Position numbers and translations under genes: made by a program | Notes under the pieces: generated by a model | The model's input: the letters and a program-made list of their open reading frames with translations, nothing else | Databases searched by the model: none | What the model was told of the DNA's origin: nothing | Shown here: positions 25,965 through 31,831 of the stretch, piece by piece | Numbering within the stretch: position 1 is the first letter of the stretch | Layout: the number at the start of each line of letters is the position of its first letter | Source: Candidatus Iainarchaeum sp. | GTDB taxonomy: Archaea > Iainarchaeota > Iainarchaeia > Iainarchaeales > JACQJH01 | Length of the DNA stretch: 32,000 nucleotides | Direction: 5' to 3' | Assembly (NCBI GenBank): GCA_016205145.1 | Contig: JACQJH010000002.1 | Location: 120,001 to 152,000, forward strand

Positions 25965-27056
25965 ATGGACAAAGCTGCCCTCTTGTCTGGATTCTCTGAT
26001 TTTCTGGACAGCCTGGCCGGAACCGACAGAATGGCAATTTTCCACCACAACGACCCGGATGGCGTCTGCTCGGGCCTGATTGTCTTCCTGGCACTGCAAA
26101 GGCTTCCGGTAAAGCCCGAAATAGTGCTTGTAAAGCCGATTGGCTATGAGGCCTGCAAAAACACCAGCCTTGCACAAACCCTCGGGAAAAAAAAAGCGGA
26201 CAAGGCGATAATGGTCGACGTGTGCGTGGACCAGTTTCCGGATTGCCCGAAAGAAATGGAAAAAAACCTGAAACGTTTTCTCATAATAGACCACCACAAG
26301 AAATATTGCGACCTCAACTCGGAAAAAACTGTTTTCATAAAAGCGGTCGACATGGAAAAAAAATTAGACCCGAGCAGGTACATAAACGCAAAGCTCACGT
26401 TCGACCTGTTCTCCAAAAAGGCAAACCTGGAAGACCTGGCGTGGATTGCGTGCGTGGGCATTCTCGGCGACATGGGTTATGAGACATGGAAGGGCTTTTT
26501 CAAAAAAACGCAGGAAAGCAACAAAATCTCGCTTGCTGAACTGAAGCGCCTTGAAAACCTCATACAGGCGGTCGCAATAGTGAAAAGCTCCGAGCTACCC
26601 GGCCTTTTCAGGGAATTCGCCGTAAACGCAAAAACCCCGAAAAGGGTTTTCAAAAGCAGGTTCATCAAATTCGAAAAAATCCTGAAAAAGGAAATCGAAA
26701 CCGGGTACAAGCACGCGGTCAAAGGCATGGAAAGCTTCCCGGAACTCGGACTCGAATTCTACAAAGTCGAATCAAAAAACAAAATCAAATCATACGTGGT
26801 GAACATGATAAGCCGGGAAAAGCCGGACACCACCATCATCCTGGCCCAGTGCAGCAACGGCAGGTGTTATTTCTCGGCGAGAAGGCAGGATTTCAAAATC
26901 AAAATGAACGAGCTTGCGGAAACAGCGGTGAAGGGCATTCCGAACGCTTCCGGCGGAGGCCACGTTCCAGCCGCGGCCGGAAGCTTTCCATCGGAATTCA
27001 AGGAACAGTTCAAGGAAAACGTGAAAAGGATTCTTGCCGAAAAAATGAAGAAATGA
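25965..27056 (+). CDS. DHH/DHHA1 family phosphoesterase (RecJ/NrnA-like)
   Basis: Motifs: IFHHNDPDGVCSG (DHH motifs I-II), IIDHH (motif III) and GGGHVPAAAG (DHHA1 GGGH motif). 363 aa. Confidence 0.85.
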   Translation: MDKAALLSGFSDFLDSLAGTDRMAIFHHNDPDGVCSGLIVFLALQRLPVKPEIVLVKPIGYEACKNTSLAQTLGKKKADKAIMVDVCVDQFPDCPKEMEKNLKRFLIIDHHKKYCDLNSEKTVFIKAVDMEKKLDPSRYINAKLTFDLFSKKANLEDLAWIACVGILGDMGYETWKGFFKKTQESNKISLAELKRLENLIQAVAIVKSSELPGLFREFAVNAKTPKRVFKSRFIKFEKILKKEIETGYKHAVKGMESFPELGLEFYKVESKNKIKSYVVNMISREKPDTTIILAQCSNGRCYFSARRQDFKIKMNELAETAVKGIPNASGGGHVPAAAGSFPSEFKEQFKENVKRILAEKMKK

Positions 27057-27075
27057 CGGCCTGTTTTGCCGCCAT

Positions 27076-28374
27076 TCACCTGTAAGCGATTTCACCGTGC
27101 GTCGCGCTGTCCAAACCCTCTTCCTCGGCCTTGGGCGAAACCCGCAGGGAATGCACTGCGTCAATGGCTTTCAGCAGGACAAACGAGCCGATGAAGGAAA
27201 ATGCGGCGACTGAAACAACCGCGATTACCTGCGCAACCAAAAGTTTCGGGTTGCCGTAAAACAGGCCGTTCGCGCCCGCGGAATTCACTGCAACGCTCGC
27301 AAACAATCCTGTCGCGATTGCGCCCCACACTCCGCCGACGCCGTGGCACGCAAACACGTCCAGGGAATCGTCAAAGTAATTCCTGCTCGCGCGCCAGTTC
27401 GCGACAAAATTGCACAGCAGGCCTGCAACCAGGCCGATAAGGATTGACGCGAGCGGCGTGACAAAACCTGAAGCGGGAGTGATTGCGACAAGGCCGCAGA
27501 CCGCGCCGATTGCAATGCCGGTCGCCGAAACCTTGCCTTTGGAAACCCGGTCGACAACCATCCACGCAAAGGCGGCTGAAGCCGCGGCAAGATTTGTCGT
27601 GACCAGAGCCGTTACCGCCAGGCCGTTTGCGGCAAGCGCGCTTCCGCCGTTGAAACCGAACCATCCGAACCACAGCAATGCTGCACCAAGAATCACGAAT
27701 GGAATGTTATTGGGATGGAATGATTTCCTGCCGAAATCCCTGCGCTTTCCCACGACCAATGCTGCGGCAAGCGCGGAAAAGCCCGCGGCAATGTGGACGA
27801 CTGTCCCGCCTGCAAAGTCCAGTGCGCCCAGGGCGCGCAGCCATCCGCCGACGCCCCACACCCAGTGCGCAATGGGCGCATAAACAAGGATTGCCCAAAG
27901 AACCGTGAAAACCAAAAGAGAGGAAAACCTTATGCGCTCGGCGAACGCCCCGATGATAAGCGCGGGCGTGATTGCCGCAAACTTCAGCTGGAAAAAGAAA
28001 AACAACAGCAAAGGGATTGTCGCAGCATAGGCTGCAAAGGGCGCTTCGCCCACGCCGTTCAGGCCAATCCATTCAAGCGAGCCGATGAAGCCGTTGCCGC
28101 TGCCGAAGGCAAGCGAAAAACCCACAAGCGCCCAGACAATGCCCATCACGGCAAAAATCGCCATGCTCTGCGTGAGGACCGACAAAAGGTTTTTTGCGCG
28201 CACAAGGCCGCCGTAAAAAAAGCCCAATGCGGGCGTCATGAGCATCACAAGCACGGCGCTGGCCGCAACCCACGCGACGTCACCGGAATCGATGCCCGCA
28301 GGAGCCTGTGCAAACGCGGCGGGTGCAAGCAATGAAAAAAACAGGAACAAAGGCAGGACTCTTTTAATTTCCAT
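27076..28374 (-). CDS. amt: Ammonium transporter (Amt family)
   Basis: ATG at 28374 gives the signal peptide MEIKRVLPLFLFFSLLAPAAFAQ. Amt signatures: DFAGGTVVHIAAGFSALAAALVVGKR and FACHGVGGVWGAIATGLFA. About 11 TM helices. Confidence 0.92.
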   Translation of the reverse strand: MEIKRVLPLFLFFSLLAPAAFAQAPAGIDSGDVAWVAASAVLVMLMTPALGFFYGGLVRAKNLLSVLTQSMAIFAVMGIVWALVGFSLAFGSGNGFIGSLEWIGLNGVGEAPFAAYAATIPLLLFFFFQLKFAAITPALIIGAFAERIRFSSLLVFTVLWAILVYAPIAHWVWGVGGWLRALGALDFAGGTVVHIAAGFSALAAALVVGKRRDFGRKSFHPNNIPFVILGAALLWFGWFGFNGGSALAANGLAVTALVTTNLAAASAAFAWMVVDRVSKGKVSATGIAIGAVCGLVAITPASGFVTPLASILIGLVAGLLCNFVANWRASRNYFDDSLDVFACHGVGGVWGAIATGLFASVAVNSAGANGLFYGNPKLLVAQVIAVVSVAAFSFIGSFVLLKAIDAVHSLRVSPKAEEEGLDSATHGEIAYR

Positions 28375-28467
28375 CACAACCGAACCCCCGCCGCAGCCAG
28401 CCCCAGAAAAGGCCGGCAAAAAAGGCGATAACACTGAAATGCGCGCCCGCCTATTTAAATATTGGGT

Positions 28468-28545
28468 TCAAAAAAATTGAAAAAATCTAAAAAAAACAGC
28501 AAAACAAAACCCAAAACTAAAAAATTTTCATAAAAATGAATGAAA
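28468..28545 (-). terminator. About 80-nt A-rich (+ strand) / T-rich (- strand) tract
   Basis: ttcaaaaaaattgaaaaaatctaaaaaaaacagcaaaacaaaacccaaaactaaaaaattttcataaaaatg. On the - strand this gives several oligo-T runs directly after the HExxH gene stop (28559) and before the amt TATA box (28454-28461). Confidence 0.4.
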
Positions 28546-28558
28546 GCCGAAATGAATC

Positions 28559-28987
28559 TTACACCCTGTTTTCCGCGCACAGGCCCTGCCAGTTCCCGTC
28601 CAGCCATTTCTTCTGCTTTTTCAGGATTTCGCCGAAGCCGCGCAACGCCATCTCCCTGTCCACGACCCCCCCTTTGTGCGGATGCCGGTATTTGCGCTGC
28701 TTGTTCGAGCCGAAACCGTCGAAGTAATGTATGAGCTCATGCAGCAGCGTTGCGTCCAGAACGAATTCCGGCACGCTTGGATGGCAGATAAGCGGATTGA
28801 TTTCAATCAGCGAGCCGAACTCCGCGTCTTTCCGCAAGGGCTTTATGTGCCCGAGCTTGGTGCGCCATTTCTTCCCGAAGCGCACGACCAGGAGGTTTGA
28901 AACCGTTTCATGCGAAAAATTTTCGCGGATAAGATGCGCGGCCCTGCGCGCAAGAACGGAATCGTCAACTGCAAACGCCGGCATCAT
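28559..28987 (-). CDS. HExxH zinc metallopeptidase-like protein (SprT/DUF45-like)
   Basis: 142 aa. VVRFGKKWRTKLGHI...SLIEINPLICHPSVPEFVLDATLLHELIHYF has the layout of SprT/YgjP-type minimal metallopeptidases. Starts with ATGATG at 28987. Confidence 0.55.
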   Translation of the reverse strand: MMPAFAVDDSVLARRAAHLIRENFSHETVSNLLVVRFGKKWRTKLGHIKPLRKDAEFGSLIEINPLICHPSVPEFVLDATLLHELIHYFDGFGSNKQRKYRHPHKGGVVDREMALRGFGEILKKQKKWLDGNWQGLCAENRV

Positions 28988-29007
28988 GGTTTAAATAAAT
29001 GAAAAAG

Positions 29008-29015
29008 TATTTAAG
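29008..29015. promoter_or_regulatory. Single TATA-like box (TATTTAAG) positioned for both divergent genes
   Basis: Centre at 29011.5, which is 24.5 nt from the - strand ATG (28987) and 29.5 nt from the + strand ATG (29041). A second box, TTTAAATA, lies at 28991-28998. Confidence 0.45.
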
Positions 29016-29040
29016 TTATGCAAGGAAAAAAGGCGGCAGA

Positions 29041-29697
29041 ATGGCTCAAACAGGCGACAACAACAAGCTTGCCTTGCTTTTGGGGCGGGCGCAAAGCGGG
29101 AACATGGGCGCGCAGGATGAATTTTTCAGGCGGGCGCGGCCGCAAATATTCGAGTATTTTAGAAAAACGTTTCCGGAACTTACCGTGGACGCAATAGAGG
29201 ACCTGACACAAGACACAATTGTCCGGGCATTCCGTGCATCCGGCAGATTCGAATTCCGCGGCAACGGGGACCCCGGAGTATTTGCATGGCTGTACAGGAT
29301 CGCCACGAATGTGGGGATAAACCGATACAGGCGGGCGCAGAGAACCCCCGAAATGGCGCCAATGGATGAGCACATGGACCGGGTCACAGGGCAGGCGGAT
29401 CCGGCGCCAACTCCGGACAAAATATTGGAAGATAGGCAATTGCCCGAAGATTTGCGGGATACCCTCGCCGCACTTCCCGACGCATTCCGTCAGGCAGTGG
29501 TTCTTGTGGACTTACACGGGTTAACATATGAAAAAGCGGCACAGCTATTGCGTGTTCCAGTCGGAACAGTCAGAAGCCGCCTGTCTCGCGGAAGGAACCT
29601 GCTAAGGGATTCGCTGCCGCACAGGAACCCGGAACGCCATAAGCCATTGCCGCCGCATGAAACCCCCAAACAGCCGAGAAGAAGCCATGGAAGATAA
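29041..29697 (+). CDS. ECF-type sigma-70 family protein (regions 2 and 4)
   Basis: MAQTGDNNK... Region 2: IEDLTQDTIVRAFR...FAWLYRIATNVGINRYRR. Region 4: LPDAFRQAVVLVDLHGLTYEKAAQLLRVPVGTVRSRLSRGRNLL. Pro/Arg/His-rich C-terminal tail. The track start at 28999 lies inside the promoter boxes. Confidence 0.85.
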   Translation: MAQTGDNNKLALLLGRAQSGNMGAQDEFFRRARPQIFEYFRKTFPELTVDAIEDLTQDTIVRAFRASGRFEFRGNGDPGVFAWLYRIATNVGINRYRRAQRTPEMAPMDEHMDRVTGQADPAPTPDKILEDRQLPEDLRDTLAALPDAFRQAVVLVDLHGLTYEKAAQLLRVPVGTVRSRLSRGRNLLRDSLPHRNPERHKPLPPHETPKQPRRSHGR

Positions 29698-29766
29698 TGC
29701 AGCCAAAACGCAGCAAGAAATGTTTTACGCAAACGGGCCGTACGGGCGCAAGAAAAGAGCCGTCAC

Positions 29767-30525
29767 TTGAAAAGCCTGAACTTTCGCCCGCGGCAACTTA
29801 AAATATGGGAACTGACATTTAATGCTTTGGCTGAGTGCATGCGAAAAGACGACCCTGCAAAACTCCTGAATTCAACGCAATGGCGCGATCTCGCAGTAAA
29901 GGCGCGGCTGGGAAACAGAGAAGCTTTGGATGCGCTGTGGGGTTTTGCGTCCGCCTATATTCATGCGGGACTGAGGGAAAACGGCATAAGTTTGAACTCA
30001 CTGCCTGAAAACGAGCGACAGCAGCTTGCAAGACTTTGCAGAAATGAAGTCGTCACGAGGCTGGGCAAGGGAACTTTTTCTTCGGCGAGAAACGATCTTG
30101 ACCTTGGCGGAATGATTCAACTCGCTGCGAAAGCGGCGTCTGACAAATTCGTCAGGCCCGAAACCGGCAAGCGTCCGCCGGAGGCAACGCCCGGAGAAAC
30201 CCCCAAGCGCCGAAAACAAAGCCCGAAAGAACAAAGGGCCCTGCAGTGCCTCCAAATCCTGGCCCAAGAGAAAGGCATAGACTTCCTAAGCCCCGAAAGC
30301 ATAGCAGTAGCCAACGCAATACCCCATGACCGGCGGACCCGTGAACAGAGGCTGTTAGTCAGGATAGCCGCGGACCATATCACAAGAGAAATCTTTACAG
30401 GCCGCAGCTGGGAAGAAATTGCGGCGCAGGCCGCCGAAAGCGCTCAGCATCCCCGGCAGGAAGGGCACAGGCCCGCCCGCGAGGAACACGGCGAGCCGCG
30501 CAAGCCGCCGAAAAGAAGGCCCTGA
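29767..30525 (+). CDS. Hypothetical protein, possibly a degenerate sigma-like or sigma-partner protein
   Basis: TTG start at 29767; an ATG alternative lies at 29839. LGNREALDALWGFASAYIHAGL recalls the start of sigma region 2. SPKEQRALQCL...GRSWEEIAAQ weakly recalls region 4. Basic Pro/Arg-rich tail HPRQEGHRPAREEHGEPRKPPKRRP. Confidence 0.5.
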   Translation: MKSLNFRPRQLKIWELTFNALAECMRKDDPAKLLNSTQWRDLAVKARLGNREALDALWGFASAYIHAGLRENGISLNSLPENERQQLARLCRNEVVTRLGKGTFSSARNDLDLGGMIQLAAKAASDKFVRPETGKRPPEATPGETPKRRKQSPKEQRALQCLQILAQEKGIDFLSPESIAVANAIPHDRRTREQRLLVRIAADHITREIFTGRSWEEIAAQAAESAQHPRQEGHRPAREEHGEPRKPPKRRP

Positions 30526-30593
30526 AAACGCCAACGGAACGACAAAAACAGTTTTAAGCACTACACAACGGACTTTTAGCGGGGGAAAAGTTT

Positions 30594-31088
30594 TTGGCTG
30601 AAGGAAAAGAAACACGGGAAAGCGGGCGGGGCGCAAAGCAGGCGCACTCGCATTCCGACAGGATGTCCTGGGACGATTATTTCATGGCAATCGCGGAACT
30701 CGCGTCAAAGCGCGCGACCTGCCCGCGCAGGAGCGTCGGCGCGGTTCTCGTAAAGAACAAGCGCATAATCGCGACCGGCTACAACGGCTCTCCGCCGGGC
30801 CAGCCGCACTGCATCGACGTCGGCTGCCTGATGGTGGACGGGCACTGCATCCGAACAATCCATGCCGAGGAAAACGCGATTGTTTTCTGCGCACGCGCAG
30901 GCATTCCTGTGGAGGGGGCAACGCTTTACATCACCTCATCGCCATGCCAGCACTGCGCAAAAGTCATAATCGCCTCCGGCATAACGGAAGTCGTTTACGG
31001 CGACGAGTACTGGGCATCCGAGCACGCAAAGCAGTTCCTTGCAGGCTCCGGCATAAAGCTGCGGAAATCCGAACTCAAAAACGCCTAA
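30594..31088 (+). CDS. dCMP (deoxycytidylate) deaminase
   Basis: Motifs: SWDDYFMAIAELASKRATCPRRSVGAVLV, ATGYNGSP, HAEENAI and SPCQHCAKVI (zinc ligands H/C/C). TTG 30594 has GGGGGA upstream. An alternative ATG at 30663 gives MSWDDYFM... Confidence 0.88.
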   Translation: MAEGKETRESGRGAKQAHSHSDRMSWDDYFMAIAELASKRATCPRRSVGAVLVKNKRIIATGYNGSPPGQPHCIDVGCLMVDGHCIRTIHAEENAIVFCARAGIPVEGATLYITSSPCQHCAKVIIASGITEVVYGDEYWASEHAKQFLAGSGIKLRKSELKNA

Positions 31089-31152
31089 AATTTTATTCTG
31101 CTTACTCGGCTGTTCACAACGCAGGGGCTAGCGCCCCTTGCAAACCCCTTGC

Positions 31153-31176
31153 GTGGTATTGCTTGCGCAATACCAC
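31153..31176. repeat. Perfect hairpin/palindrome B: GTGGTATTGC-TTGC-GCAATACCAC
   Basis: 10-bp stem and 4-nt loop, read directly. Confidence 0.9.
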
Positions 31177-31197
31177 TTATGCACAAACAGCCTACTC

Positions 31198-31222
31198 GGC
31201 GTATTGCGATTAGCAATACGCC
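31198..31222. repeat. Perfect hairpin/palindrome C: GGCGTATTGC-GATTA-GCAATACGCC
   Basis: 10-bp stem and 5-nt loop. Shares the core GTATTGC/GCAATAC with hairpin B. The outer stem differs by two compensated base pairs. Confidence 0.9.
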
Positions 31223-31268
31223 TTAGTTCCGAACCAGCCGGACGGAAACGGCTCGGCGAGGAAAAAGC

Positions 31269-31276
31269 ATTTAAAG
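31269..31276 (+). promoter_or_regulatory. TATA box (ATTTAAAG)
   Basis: The predicted TSS is about 31299. ATG codons lie at 31295 and 31304. Confidence 0.45.
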
Positions 31277-31294
31277 TGGTAAACCAAAGGTATA

Positions 31295-31831
31295 ATGGAT
31301 TCCATGAAACCACAAACCGCATTCGCCATGGTTTTGCTTTCGGTTTTCCTGTCCGGCTGCGCGCAGGCTCCCGGGCAACAGCAAAATTCCGGCAACGGCG
31401 GATCGCAGGCAAACATCGAAGTGCCCGCCGGCATCGCGCCGCTCGCCGACGACAATTCCCTGCAGCAGTTCACGAACAACCGGCTGCCTGCGCAAATTCT
31501 GGGCGGCTTGGAAATAGCGCCGCTCGAATGCTCTTCCTCGTTCATTCCCGGAATAGGCAATTCACTGGTGTGCACCGCCGCATTCACCAACAATTCGGAT
31601 GAAATCAAGAAGTTTGCCGCAACCATTGCAGTGAAGGATTCTTCTGGCGGCTGCATAATGAAATGCGATGAAGGTTTCGAACTCAACAAGGCATTCATTG
31701 AAATCGCGCCGGATGACACGCAGGAAACCGACTTCACGTGCACGCTCAAGAGCTTTGAAAACCTGAAACCGGAGCTTGTCCTGACACAGGGCGATTACGC
31801 GGCCGAGGGCATCCAAAGGTGCGGGCAATGA
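31295..31831 (+). CDS. Cys-rich secreted lipoprotein (unknown function)
   Basis: Signal peptide plus lipobox (MDS)MKPQTAFAMVLLSVFLSGC and a Gln/Gly/Asn linker. The mature part has 6 Cys. The start is 31295 or 31304; TATA spacing favours 31304. Confidence 0.7.
   Translation: MDSMKPQTAFAMVLLSVFLSGCAQAPGQQQNSGNGGSQANIEVPAGIAPLADDNSLQQFTNNRLPAQILGGLEIAPLECSSSFIPGIGNSLVCTAAFTNNSDEIKKFAATIAVKDSSGGCIMKCDEGFELNKAFIEIAPDDTQETDFTCTLKSFENLKPELVLTQGDYAAEGIQRCGQ

Larger units (their letters stand above)
31129..31253. repeat. Second copy of the 32-nt element, interrupted by a 93-nt insertion (31138-31230)
   Basis: TAGCGCCCC (31129-37), then 93 nt, then GAACCAGCCGGACGGAAACGGCT (31231-53). Compare the contiguous copy at 7181-7212. 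Confidence 0.75.

Noticed and set aside
28999-29040. ATG at 28999 as the sigma-factor start (MKKYLSYARKKGGR...).
   Set aside because: It lies inside the TATA-like boxes of the 53-bp divergent spacer. ATG 29041 has proper spacing from the TATTTAAG box. I cannot exclude 28999 without TSS data.
31100-31260. Possible miniature CRISPR array, given the repeated palindromic units.
   Set aside because: There are only two hairpin units, with different outer sequences, no regular repeat-spacer periodicity and no cas genes in the window.
28559-31260. The idea that 28.5-31.3 kb (SprT-like peptidase, sigma factor, dCMP deaminase: all gene types also seen in phages) is an integrated viral or mobile element bounded by the A-tract and the hairpin region.
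   Set aside because: No integrase, capsid, terminase or replication genes and no flanking direct repeats (the 32-nt repeat's other copy is 24 kb away, across housekeeping genes). The dCMP deaminase looks like an ordinary cellular gene. I kept only the narrower HGT-cassette hypothesis.
31291-31296. TATAAT (a bacterial -10-like hexamer) just upstream of the lipoprotein gene.
   Set aside because: It overlaps the ATG at 31295, has no -35 partner, and an archaeal-type box sits at the expected distance. It is probably coincidental.
31128-31749. ORFs 31128..31412(-), 31138..31602(+), 31210..31749(-) and 30944..31213(+) across the hairpin region.
   Set aside because: They overlap the convincing lipoprotein CDS (signal peptide plus lipobox) or the palindromic intergenic DNA. 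Their translations are Arg/Ala-rich with no motifs.
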